Below are positions 12,463-24,800 of a stretch of DNA of 64,000 nucleotides, piece after piece. Made by a program: the position numbers and the translations under genes. Source of the DNA: Camelus ferus. Taxonomy: Eukaryota. The notes under the pieces were generated by a model. The model was not told the DNA's origin. It ran no database searches and was given only the letters and a program-made list of their open reading frames with translations. Location: contig NC_045696.1 in assembly GCF_009834535.1 (NCBI RefSeq), forward strand, positions 80,416,001 through 80,480,000, written 5' to 3'. The first letter of the stretch is position 1; each line of letters opens with the position of its first letter.

Positions 12463-14957
12463 CTGAGAAGAAAAGCAAGAGACAAAAGTATTCAAATCCA
12501 TTTCACATGGATCAGACACTTCACTTCTCCCCCAGAACATTTTGTGATTATTAGCAGTGGCATAAAAATAGGTCGGAGTTAACTCAAGATAAACCATTTT
12601 ATTTTAATTACAGTGAAAACAACTGTCCTATATGGCGTTCTCCTGTCAAAGTCCTGATGTCCAAACTAAAGCTCCTGCAACATCTGTCCTTGTTATGAAA
12701 CCTACATCCAAATCCGGTGCATTTCACACTTGGAAAGTAAAATAATGTCATGCTTGGGATCAGTAAAAAATTAAACATGAAATTTCAATAATCTCCATGA
12801 TGGCCATCACACTATGTGGAAGGAACTCACATGCACAGGTACTTTTTGGCGGCCTCCAAGCCTTGCTTGGTGTCCAGTCATCTTGCAAAGCCACCACCTT
12901 TCAAACCATGCCCCTCCAAGTCCTGCAGGTTCCCAGGAGAACCCATTTGGAGGGTGGAACCAAGGCCCAGGATGACAGGAGGAGGAAATGTGTGTGGCGA
13001 TGTTTCACTTCTCCAAGCTCTGCTTTTATCTTTCTGGTTTAGCCTCCACTGAAGACTTCATTTGAACTAAAGAGTCTGGGACTCTAAACACCCAACTCTC
13101 CCCTCTTACTTAGGGCTTCTCTGAGGCTCATCCTTACACTATCGCCCAGGCATCCTGAGCAGGACGGGGCCCCAGCTGCCCTCAGCTGTAACCTGCTCAT
13201 TAACAGATCCTGCACTGGCTTCTCCTCTGCAAAAGCACGTCTCCACTCTAATGGCTCTTGCTTCCCGGGGCACCTCCTCACATACACTATTTGCCTTCCA
13301 ATCTTTGTTTTAGAGTCTGTTTTTGGAGAAAACCAATCTAAAGCACAGTCTAATTCTTTAAAATCTCTCAACAGCACTTTAATGTTTGATGTTCTAATTT
13401 TCTAAAGGTTATTTTTTGCTCTCTGGATATTGGTCTAAATAACATATTAAAAACAAAACAAGAGTTAATACACACTAAAACTTAGTGTTCATACAAGACT
13501 TTATAGCTGTAGATTATTAGGCTGTGGATGGAGATGTCTAAACTATCAAGTCTCTATCCTTTTTTCTTCCATTTTCATCAGTATCTGATCTAAATAAAGA
13601 ATATTAAAGTGTAATATAAAATAATTAAAAAGCACGAACAAAATATGGAAAATGAGCACTGAGTCTCCCTTTTCAGTCTGCCATTCATTCCATTTTGAGC
13701 AGAGATCCCCCTCCATATCACTGCTGTTCCATGTAGATACAGCACCACTATGTATTTAACCAGTTACTCAAACTCCTACTCATCCTTCAAGATTCCAGCC
13801 AGTCTGCACTATCCCTAAGTAGCCTTCCCTGAAGTATCCCATCATCTCTCGGTTCCACAGCACCTTGTTGCTGTCTCTACCATTGCTAATTACAGTGCTG
13901 GCCTACCTTCCTCACTGGACTGTGGGACTCCCTAAGGAGAGGCCCCAACTCATGTCCAATTGTGAGCAGTGGTTGCTTAGTAAATGTTGAATGAAAAGAA
14001 TCAAAGGGAAAGAGGCAGTCTGAGTTTCTGATATGGGTGACACAGCGTGGCAGACTAGCAATACACACACCCCTTTTAAACAAACCTAAGGAGACACTGT
14101 TACAGAGTCGAACTCCACCCTTCTTGTCATGGTCCAGATGAGCAGCTGGTCCTCCGCCCACCCCTCCTGTGACACACAGCCCTAACCCCCTTGGGTGCAT
14201 CCCCCTCACACCCCTGAGACAGCCCTGGACTTTCCGACTTCCTGCCTTTAACAGACTTCTTTCAAATCCGGTCCAAATGCTGCCTTTGCTTATTTAATCA
14301 ATCATCATACCTCGTCTTGGGAGAGGTTGTGCAAAGATGATTAAGATCCGATCTCTGCCTGGTGAAGACAGAGGCATATGTGAGGGGCCTCATGGCAGAT
14401 ACAATGAGCACAGAAGGATCCCAGCAGCTTCAGCTCAATCCAGGAAAGACTTCTGTACAGTCCTGCCCGACCCCAGATCAGAGCCAGTCACTGTTTCCTC
14501 GGCGCTCCAGCCACACTGTGCTGGCACCTCTGTTTGGCACTCATTTCATTATACTTTGCTTTACCTGGCTGTTTGGGTGTTGTTCCCCTGATAGACTTTA
14601 AGGCAGCATTTCTACCATTCACACCATTGTATCTGCTGAATTCACACACCATTAACGAGTAATCCTGAGATATTGGATATTACATTTGATTTGTGTCTTA
14701 ATAAGAGATATTTTGCTATGGAAAGTTCAGTTTGTAATTTAAAAAATGCTGATTAGGTACTGAGAAACACTCAGCTGAGGTGATAGGTGGTCCAATTCCA
14801 AGAGCACAGTATGTAGTAATACCGATTCTGTGAATGGTGGTGTGAAATAACATCACGTCTCAAAACAGCTCAGTCAAGTGCTAGCACTTCAGATACTGAA
14901 CAGGTATACATAAATCCACATCCCTTTAAACTCTACTTTTTTTTTTTAAATCAGCTA

Positions 14958-15110
14958 TTAAGAATTTCATCCTAAGAGTTCTCATCACAGGGAGAAAATT
15001 TTCTCTTTTCTTTTCTTCTTTCTTTATAGTCTATGTGAGAAGATGGATGATGGATGTTAGCTAACCCTATTGTGATAATTATTTCATAACAGATGTAAAT
15101 CAAATCAAAG
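14958..15110 (+). mobile_element. Short L1 3'UTR fragment
   Basis: cctaagagttctcatcac...gatggatgttagctaaccctattgtgataattatttcataac...gtaaatcaaatc resembles laurasiatherian L1 3'UTRs. Confidence 0.7.
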
Positions 15111-18048
15111 CATTTTTTCTTTTCTTTTTTTTTTCCCTTTAGGACTTGGTTCAGTTATTACTTAACTGAACAGGGATGTACAACACTTGAAGGATCAACT
15201 AAAATAAGGTTCACCTTTTCCCCGGGTTCCCTGAGCAAGCCTTAAGGTCAACTGCTATCTGAACACAGACCTCTGTGCGAGGACATCCTTCCCATTGGCC
15301 AGCCTGTCAGACGTGCACTTTGAGAACTCAGCATCATTTTCAAAGGGTGGCGGCTTCTGGAAACTCTTTCCTGGAGCTGAGCAGCCTGCCACCTAGATGG
15401 CGACCAGGGTTGTGAGGCCAGTCCCCTCCTGTGCTCCCTGCTCCCTCCCCTGCACTGACTCCTGGGCCTCAGGTTTCCTTTCTTTAGGCATTGGAATCCC
15501 AAGAGAAAGAGTGCTTTGTCTCTGTTAGAACTTGGAATTCACTTCCACTCCAAGGCTGATGCCAGGAAATTACACAGTGCCTTTCAATAGAGTGTCATGG
15601 AAATGGGGATCCTCAGCAGTAGATGCCTTTACTCCAAGCACCCAGGGAAGTGATAACCTCAATGAGAGTCAGAACTTCAGGAACTAGGCTGGGCTCAAGC
15701 CTACATCAGAGCCACAGCACTCCCACACGGGCTTTACCTTGTGAGTCAGTCAATCTCTCTCTCTCTCTTCTCTCCTTTCCTACCTCCCCCCTTTTCTCTG
15801 GTGAAACTTTCTCACCAGGAGTGACCACTGAACTGAACTGGGGCACGGCTAATCTGATCATCACAATGATTGTCATGGCTGTGATCCAAAAAAAGGAGTT
15901 TAAAAGCCATAAAACTAAGTGACTTTCTGATGTTTAATTATTCTACCATAAATAGAAGTCAGTCTCCTTTGTAATGGTGATGAGTGATGATTTCTAGCTG
16001 CACAATTATTGGACAAGACCCAATGTGACCTTTGTTTCAGCACTGGTGATATAGGAGTCTGTTGTGAAGGTTATTAGTGTAAGTCTGCAAAGAAATGACT
16101 CAAACTGCTTTGAAGTATCTTGAAGGACTTATAAAACCATCGTCTACTTCTAAATGATTACTGATTAGAAATCATTCTTGTCTATGTATTTATTAAATAT
16201 AGATTTGAACCTGAGAACAGTGGCCAATTTAAAGCATATCTATGTGTGTATATGTATTTGGAAATGATAAAACCACATTATCTTGTAGCTATTTGATATG
16301 TAATCCTTATTCTCTGTCACCTTATCCCTTTCTCTCCTGTTCATCCCAGTATTTTAATCCTATTCTGTGCAATTTTACTGTCTTAATTTTCAGACTGTCT
16401 TAAATGCAAATGATATTCATTATTTGGGTCAAAAATACCATTTACTCTCATAAAGCTACTAAACTGTTACTCCCGTGTTCAAAAATATTTCTATGTAAGT
16501 TCGCAGCTTCTAAATTTGGTCTGGTCTCTGGATTTAACTATGTGGGAGGCCTGCTGATCCAATTTAGGGAGTTATGTTAAGGAAATATTACCATAGCAAT
16601 ATTGGCTTCACTTCTAAATTACCATCATGACAAATAATAACACAAAGGAAAATTTAAAAGGGAAAGGTCAGAGAGATCATTATTCAAAGAAAAAGGATAC
16701 TCAAATCTAGGAATTTCAGAGCCATTTGTTTCTACAATTCCTTAAGTGCGCAGAACCTCCAGTGTGTTTCCAGATATACTGCTGTTTATCTTTCAGGAAT
16801 TGCTTCTTGTAGGAACAGTTGTTTTCTTAGGTCAGTTTACTCACTTCTGGAACTGACAAATCAATTGTTCCTACAAGCTAAACATTAGTGGATGGAAACA
16901 ATGCAGAACCGCAATTCCAGGTTACATTTATTTACATCCTGAAAATAAACAGCCCAGCAGTTCATGGGAGACTTCATCCAGCATCACCGTCAGAGCAGAT
17001 CAAAACCAGGTTAGGTTGGAGCTGGTTGGTCCCAGTAGAGACTGAATCCTAAACCGCTCAGAATACTATCAAGCTTGCTTTTCTAGCACAGTGGTGGCTA
17101 TGAGTACAGTCCCCAAGGCACCTGACTGTTACAGTCTTGGGACAAATACCTAGTATATCTGTGCCCTGTTTCATCTAATGACTAAGTATCTGGATCTTTA
17201 AAGTACCTGGGTTTCTAAAGGGTAAGACTTACTTAATTCAGGGTGCCCAAAATTCTAGAAAGATGATTGGAATCCACAAGCCCTCAATACTATTTCTATA
17301 CCTAAAACAAATCACCTGCAAAGCCTCGAAGAAAAATACTTGCATTTTATTTGGAGGTGTTACCAGATACAGCTGAAAGAAAAAAAAAAAAGAACAACAA
17401 TCCTTTATACAATTGTACACCAAACTTTCTACAGCTCCGTTGTTTTTCCTGGAAGGAGGCTGGGCAGAGTGTAGCAGGGGGGTCTCACTTTTGCCTGACG
17501 ATACGCTATAAACTGCAGAGGACCAGTCCATTCCAAGGACTCTATAAACAGTGTATCATTTACTTCTCAGACAGTCCCATGTGGTATTTATTATCCGACC
17601 TTCCGAAGATAAGGAAGCCGAGGCTCCGGGTCACAGAGACAGTTGATGGCCACACTGGGCCCCAGCCCCCAGGGCCCTCCCCTCCACGCAGCTGCCTGCG
17701 CCTGGCTCCAGCCGCCCACATTCCACCCTGCGGGCTGAGCCGCGTCTGATGCTGGCCGGCCTTCAGGCATCTGGCCCACCTGGCAGAATCCGGCTGCAGC
17801 CGCTAGTCTGCCACACGTTTGTGCAGCAAATATTTGTGAAGGGTTCACAACGTGCCAAGGACAGTGCTAGGTATTAGGAGCACACAGATCAATACGACAC
17901 AATCATGATTAAGAACTTCAGACAGAGAGGGGAGCAGAGGAAGGGAGGAGAAGGAAGGGAGAACAATGGTGTCAACAAACAACTGGGCTGGGAAGGATGA
18001 GTGGACTGTCACCCAGCGGAGAAGGTCTATGTGGGGACCAGGGGTGGG

Positions 18049-18415
18049 TGCGGTGGGCAGACTAACCCCCCCTCCCCCGCCAAGATGTCCACATCCTAAC
18101 CCCCAGATATACTTCCCTACAAGTAAGAGAGACTCTGCGGATGTGATTAAGTTAAGGATCTTGTGAGGCAGAGCCCATCCTGGGTTATCTGGACATAAAC
18201 AATACGCGTCTCTGTGAGTGCGAGAGGGAGACAGGGGTGAGAGTCGGAGGAGATAGGAGGGTGTAAGGGGTCTCGGGCCCAGCAATGCAGGGCAGCTTCT
18301 AGAAGTGGGAAAAGTGGGGAAACACATCCGTCCACAGAGCCCCCAGGAAGGAACATGGCCCGGTCAACACCTTGATGTCAGCCCCACGAGACCCGCTGTG
18401 GACTTTCTGACCACC
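18049..18415 (+). mobile_element. MLT1 (ERVL-MaLR) LTR, 3'-truncated
   Basis: Starts tgcggtgggcagact...ccaagatgtccacatcctaacc and contains gatgtgattaagttaaggatcttg and cttctagaagtgggaaaag...cacagagccccc...ggactttctgacc. Confidence 0.8.
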
Positions 18416-20129
18416 TGGCTGACAATCTTACTACATTACACCTAACATCACTACTATTTACACGACAGCCTGTCTACTCTACTCTGAAACCTACACAGAG
18501 TTAAGGGCTTAGTAAAGGAATCAAGGAAATGGCCACTGAGTGTCAATGTTGCTTTTATCTTGCTGGAGCTACATGACCCTCAGGAACAGACGCCGTCACT
18601 TCTGCAGTGAAGACATGACCAGGAAAAACTCAAGCAGAACACTGTGTGTGTGCATGGCGGAAAAGACTCTGAAGCTGGGGGACTACACCTGGGACAGCCA
18701 GCTAGCCTGTCGCCCCGCCTTCTCGCCCTGATTATGACTTCTCTGTGTTCCTCACGGATTTTCCTTCTTTCTACTGCACTCTAAATGTAAGCCTGTTCGA
18801 GAATGGCATCGAAGATATAAGAAGGACACAGGCGTGAACCTATTCTGGAGGAACTCACAGACTACCGGGGAAGACACAGAAACAAGTGAACAGAGTACGA
18901 TGTACGACATACACGGAGAGAACAGCGATGCTGGGGCAGTCCTGTGGCACCAGGTACCATGTGGAGTATCCCACTTGATGGGCGGGGACGGCAATCAGGG
19001 AAGCCAGCTCGGAGGAAGCATCTCCTGAAAGGAGGCATCCACGCCTGGAAGCCCAGCTGTTCATGACACTGATATCTAACAGATTGTAATGCCTTACTGA
19101 TCTCTCTCTAGAATGGCTCTAGAATCCATCCTCTCCTTGCCACACCTGATGCCACACACTCAGTGTGACTCCCACAGCCTCCCACTGGCACAAGAGATTT
19201 CTAACATGTGCCTTCCTGGGCCCATCCTCTTCTCTCACTTCAATGCACCTGCCAGCTCATTGATCATTGTGAAAGGGCAGCCCTGATTATGTAACTTCTC
19301 TGCTCGTAAACTCTCAATGGCAACTTGCTCCTCGCCGGCTTAAGTGCAGACTCCCCCTCCCAGCATCAACACCCCACAGCCCTACAAGCGCCCTATTGTG
19401 CCCACAGTCCAGCACACCTCATGCTTCTAGGTTTAGTCAAACTCAGCTATGTACCCTGAGGCATGCTTGGACCCTCCTGTTAAAAAGCCTCAGTATTTGA
19501 AACACATGAAGAATCAAGGTTTTCCAATTCAGCTAGAAAACACTCCAAGGAACTTTGGCTCTCTAAACTCAGATGAAAGGCTGAATCAACATTTTCAATT
19601 TTTCACTTGAATTTCAAAGCACCTGGCAAAATCAAACTTAAAACCTCACAATATCACTACTCCCACCAAATTTTTTCCTGGCCATTATACCCCTTGCCAT
19701 TATGCTTCGGATTTATTTTTCTCAGCTAATATTTGAATCTCTTTTTGAAATTTACCTGGAAAAATACTTTGAATGACTGAGATTTCAAAAATTATAATTA
19801 CTACATTTACACAGGTAAAGGGAAACTGCCAAAAGAAAACTGTTCTGTAGACCTGGGGGTGGTGGGTAGAGGTGTATCTTTGGAAGTTGGGAAGAATACC
19901 TAATTGCATTCAGAATATCCAAATAAAGAAGACATTTGGTGGATGATGACTGAACAGAAGACTACTGTTTTATATTTTCATGTGCCATTAATAACAACAC
20001 TACTTCATAGTTTATGAATAATCTGCAATGGGAAGGGGCCTCTTTGCTTACCTACTATGTGGTGAAAGAAAAACATGTTTGAAATACTTAAAAAAGCGCC
20101 ATTTATGCTGAGAAATCCAGAAGACATAC

Positions 20130-20188
20130 CTGTGGTTTCTCTATTCCCGAAAGAATGTCTTGCACCCTCTTTACTTCCAACTCATACT
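20130..20188 (-). CDS. FNDC3B: FNDC3B small coding exon (~exon 7, 59 nt), (E)YELEVKRVQDILSGIEKPQ
   Basis: Absent from the ORF track; read by hand as ttttgccatgcag|AG TAT GAG TTG GAA GTA AAG AGG GTG CAA...CCA CAG|gtatgt. Phase 1 to 0 fits both neighbours. Confidence 0.96.
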
Positions 20189-20559
20189 CTGCATGGCAAA
20201 AAGAGGGAAAAAAAGAAAAAAAGTTAATACCATTAGAAGGCAGTAAGGCTGTCAAGTTCCTTTCCCAAGGCCTTTAACTAGGGCTATCATTAAGTCAATT
20301 GCCTGTTACCATGGGCTTTTGATGCCATAAACATGATAATGAAAATCAGGAATGGGGATATCTTTGGGGTAGGGATTTCACTGTGGTTTTTTGCTAAGTT
20401 GCCGCTATTATTGGTTTACATCTTCACATTGTTGGCTAGATTAACACTGAATTCCACCTAATAATTCAACAGGCAGCAGGGAACAGAAGGCCTTAAGGAG
20501 GAGAAGGGGGAGACAGTGCAGTGAGAAGCTGAGGGCAATGAAGAGATGAGGTTGACACA

Positions 20560-20985
20560 GGGGCCAGTTCATGCAGGGCTGTGAGTTCAGATTTTTTTAA
20601 ATTCAATTTTATTTATTTATTGTAAGTTCGATGGCCAGCTACCGGAGTGTTTAAGCAGAGGAACTGACGTTATCTTGAGTTTGAAAAGATCTGTTTGGTA
20701 TCTGCGTGAGTAATGGACATGCAGAAGCTAAGAGGGGCGGCAGAAAGATGAGTCAGTACGTTGCTGCACTGGTCCACGTGAAGGATGGAGCTGGTCGGAG
20801 CTGGGGGTGGTAGAAAAGATGCTTAGAGCAGGACTGGTTTTGGTATGGGTGCTGAAGGATTGGATATGATAGGTAAGGGTGAGGGGATGAGAAGAATCGA
20901 GGCTAATTTCTACTTTCTGAATAGATCAACAGAAGGATGATGGTGTCTTTTAGTAAGATAGGGAAATGGGTAACTTTTGGGGTGG
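20560..20985. mobile_element. L2 LINE fragment
   Basis: Degenerate L2 3' phrases (ttaagcagaggaactgacgttatc, ttttgaaaagatc, ggattggatatg...gagaagaatcgaggctaatttctactttctg...gatggtgtcttttagtaagataggga). Confidence 0.55.
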
Positions 20986-21649
20986 GGCAAGAACAGTTTC
21001 CAAAGTGAAAGGGGAGAAGTGCTTGGAGTAGGGAGGAAGGATGTGCACAAAAAGGACAAATGACAGAATTTAAACTTAAGAATCTATTTCTTTTGCTAAA
21101 AGAACCTTTTGAGTTTCACAACCTGCTTGATAGAACCTAATTTTGACTTTGCAGATTTATTTAACTGTTCAACCTAGATTATGAGCTGTACGTAGAGATA
21201 CATGACTATCAAGGCATGTCCTTGCCCTCAAAATATTTCAAGGTTGGGGGGGGATGAAAGCAAATAGGCAATTACAAAGTGACAGGTGCTATGGTAAAGG
21301 CAATCTAAGAGAAACCATTTCTAGAAGCTTCCTAGGAACCAACATCCAGCTGAGCGCTGCGGGCCAACAGACATTTGGAGGCGACAGGTGAGTGGAACCA
21401 CGGGTGAGAGCAGGTGAGTGAGCCCAACCCCTCCTTCACAGGCTTTTCAGGTCTAATCTCAAAGTCACCCTTTCAAGGAACCCCACCTCAACCCCACCCC
21501 TCTTGCCCCAGTCTCCCTCCAATCATTCTCGTACCCTACATACCTCCTTCAGACCAGTTGTCAAAATCTGCAAATTATTCTGTCTGTTCCCTTGTTTATT
21601 ACTTGTCTTTCTTACTAAAGTATAAGCTTCAGGAAGGTAGAGACACTAT

Positions 21650-21845
21650 AGGTCTGGAGTAAATTTGTTCTGTCAATAACCAGATGGTAAATGTTTTTAA
21701 CTCTGTGGGCCGGAGGCCTGTGTCACACATTCTTCCTTGTGTTTATAGCCACTTAAAAATGTAGCCTCCCGCTTAGCGTGAGGCGGACACAAGACCAGGC
21801 CACGGGCCAGGCGGGCCCTGTGCAGGACGTGCTCCCACTCAGCCT
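21650..21845. mobile_element. MER58-like hAT-Charlie MITE
   Basis: aaatttgttctgtcaataaccagatggtaaatgtttttaactctgtgggcc...cacttaaaaatgta...ggccaggcgggccctgtgcag resembles MER58. Confidence 0.6.
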
Positions 21846-24800
21846 GGGGCATCTCGCGCGGTTCCTGCAGGCTCAGAGCTCCACGGACACTTGCTGACTC
21901 AGTAAATAAACCAACTCTATATAAAAAATAACAAGCACTTCTAGTTGGCACCACCCTAAATTTTAAAACGACCAGTTCTTCATTTTTCCCCATTGCATCC
22001 TGCTTAGGAGAACACGTTTATTTTTATTTTGGCAAGAAAAAGAAATGAGCTGGTGGCAATATACTTTTAAAAATTACAACCAAAAGAAAATCTCCATTCA
22101 AAAGACTAAATGTCACAGATTCATTTAGAAGCATGTATTCATGTTAATTTGAAGATACAGATAATAGATTAAATCATTAGTTTAGAGTCAAAACATACCC
22201 TCACAGTTTTTGGAAGCACCCACTATGTCAACCATAAGTACTGTGAACTTCAGAAGTTAATTGTCAGTAAAAAAAAAAAACAAAAAACAAAAAAATACGT
22301 AAGTGTAGTTGCAATAAATGAACTGGTTCAGTTGTCAAAGACAAAACTTTCTGAATCACTGGTTATTCTAAAGTTTGAAGGAGCCCATGGTTTCAGACAC
22401 TAGATACAGTCAAACAGCTAGCTGAAGGAAGTCTTTATTTCCTTCTGCCGTGAGTGACATTTAAGGTGTCTTAAAAGCCAGACCCTATCCTTGAGGTAAC
22501 AAAGGTTTAGACTAGAACAGGGATGATCACCTATTCAACCAGGAGGGAAAGGGAGAATGATAAGAGCCCTGCAAAGCAGAATCCTCGGGACTATTACAAG
22601 ATACAGGCCATGAAAGAAAGGTTTAAAGAAGTTTTTTTCCGAAGACTCCCCTCCCCCCAGCCAGCTTTCAAACACACACAGATAGATAACAGAAGAACTG
22701 GTTCTGCTTTTGAAAGAAAAAGAAAAAAGAAAAAGAAAAAAAAGGGGAAGAGGCTGAATTGGGGGGGGGGGATCCACTTAAAACTGAGGGAAAAAAAATG
22801 AGTTTCAGGTAAAAGCCAGACATACAAGTGAAAGGCTCTGACTGAGATAAAAACAACTTCCAAACAGAGGTCAGGACTTCCTTTGTCCGTGTGATTATAA
22901 TAATGGAAGCTGCTATTTTCTTGAGCACCCAGGTGTGTGCTGGTCAGGCACCGTCACCGCGCTGATTTCTACAACCTGCCTGGCAAGGCGGCCTGCCTCC
23001 ACTCTGTATTGCCGTATTGCCACAGTAGGCAGGCCTGAGGTCTCTTTAGCACAACACAGTTTCATCTCCAGGTCTGAGCACAATACCTGCAGGTGTCTTT
23101 GCTGCCTGAGGAATGAAGTTGGGGAACAAACGAGAAACTGAGGCTCTGAGACCAGATGTAGTTCCCCCAGGACCACAAGCCCAGTACATGTCCCACAGCA
23201 AGGAGAACCTCTGGCAGGCGTCACAACAAATTAAAAGCGAGCTGGGGTCATGCGGGGAAGGTGTGGAGAGAGGGGGGCAGAGGGCTGAGAGCAGCGGGGC
23301 GTCGGCACTGAGGGGAAATGGAGAGAAAGAGGAGGCGGCAGCAGACACCCGGTAAGTGCCACGAGAGGGTCTGTGTGGTTGGTTGTTTTTCCTTAAACTG
23401 TGAAAAAGTTGTCAGATGAATAGAGCGAAGGCCTTTGGATCCAGGGACAAGGCATGTGAAAAAAAGGAAGAAGAAAAAGTAGGCCATGAATGGAGCCGAA
23501 TAAACAAAGGATTCTGAGAAGATCAAAAATAAAAAAACGCAGGGCGTGAGGAGGGAAGGTGGTAACGGGACAATCACCGCCCTAGGAGAGCAGGAGAAAC
23601 TGCGGCTCCAAAGCCAGACTGGATTCCTTCTTTCTTTCAAGGTTCCGAATTGGGAACGTGGAAAAAGAAGGGGGAAATGTATTCACACCAATTTATTTAA
23701 TGCTTTTCCGTTTGTGCTGCCACAGACTAAGAGAAAAAAGTAAATTAACTGCCAGGCACACAATCTGCACAAACAAGAGTGAAAATAAAACTTGTTTAAC
23801 TGAACTAAAGTGACGGCTCCTTACCACATAGAAAATGAACTCTTGTATGAAAGTGAACTGGTCTGGTATGAAAATGCCAAAATTCACAATTCCAGGACCT
23901 AAAGAACTGAGCTAAGTCACACCTTGGCCTACCCCTCGCTAAGCAAGATGTACCTGTGCCTCGGAGGGGCCTCAGTGGGTACCCCTGCCCGAAAGCAGCC
24001 TTGGAGACCAGCGGCACAGAGCACATTTCAGAGCTGGACCAAGCCTGCTCCCTCGTGTGCTTCCTTTTCCTCAGTCTCTTCTCTCTCACACACACACACC
24101 AGATTGTGAGAAAGGAGAAAAAAAGAAGAGCTAACTAATCTCCTCACCAAAATTAACAGATCAAAAGAGAACAGTTCTGGTGATCGACCGTTAGGATATC
24201 TTTTATATCAAGTTTAAAAAGAAAACAATGTCTTGCTTGTCTTTGTCCTCCCCGTCCCCCCAAGAATTTGGGGGAGCCGACCAAACAAGAGACTGCCCCA
24301 AAGAGCAGAAATGCAAGGCTGCGGGGCAAGGTGCCCTTTCTTCATTATCAAGGCCACCTTCTTCCTGCTGGGACGCAGCAAGTAAAGTAGCCCAGAGGCA
24401 AGTCTTATAAGACAACTTTGTGTTTCTTTCTCACCATGTTGAAGCTGCCACGAGGTAAGCAAATAGATTAAAATCATTTTTCTACCTGCTTCAATTTCGT
24501 TTGTGACCACAGCTGAAGTGGATGGACAAGACAACCCACCTTCTACCTCACCACTTTCTCACTACCCTGCAGTGAAGACTGATGTTGGAAAAATGATTAC
24601 GGGGCGCTCTGGGACAGCGTTCCAGAGGAGGGGCATTCTGTTTTGCAGATACAGATACACTGCGGGGAGGTAATTTCATGAAAAGGAGTTGAGATGGGAG
24701 CCTCTAGTTTAAACATGCCCCCAGTGATGTGAAAACTACTTTACTTGGAAACACCAAAAAAGGCGAAGGGGAGATTCTGCCCAGCGACTTATGCCTTTCT

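Noticed and set aside
17845..18327. 160-aa minus-strand ORF and overlapping ORFs
   Set aside because: Mostly the antisense reading of an MLT1 LTR in GC-rich sequence, with no protein-like features.
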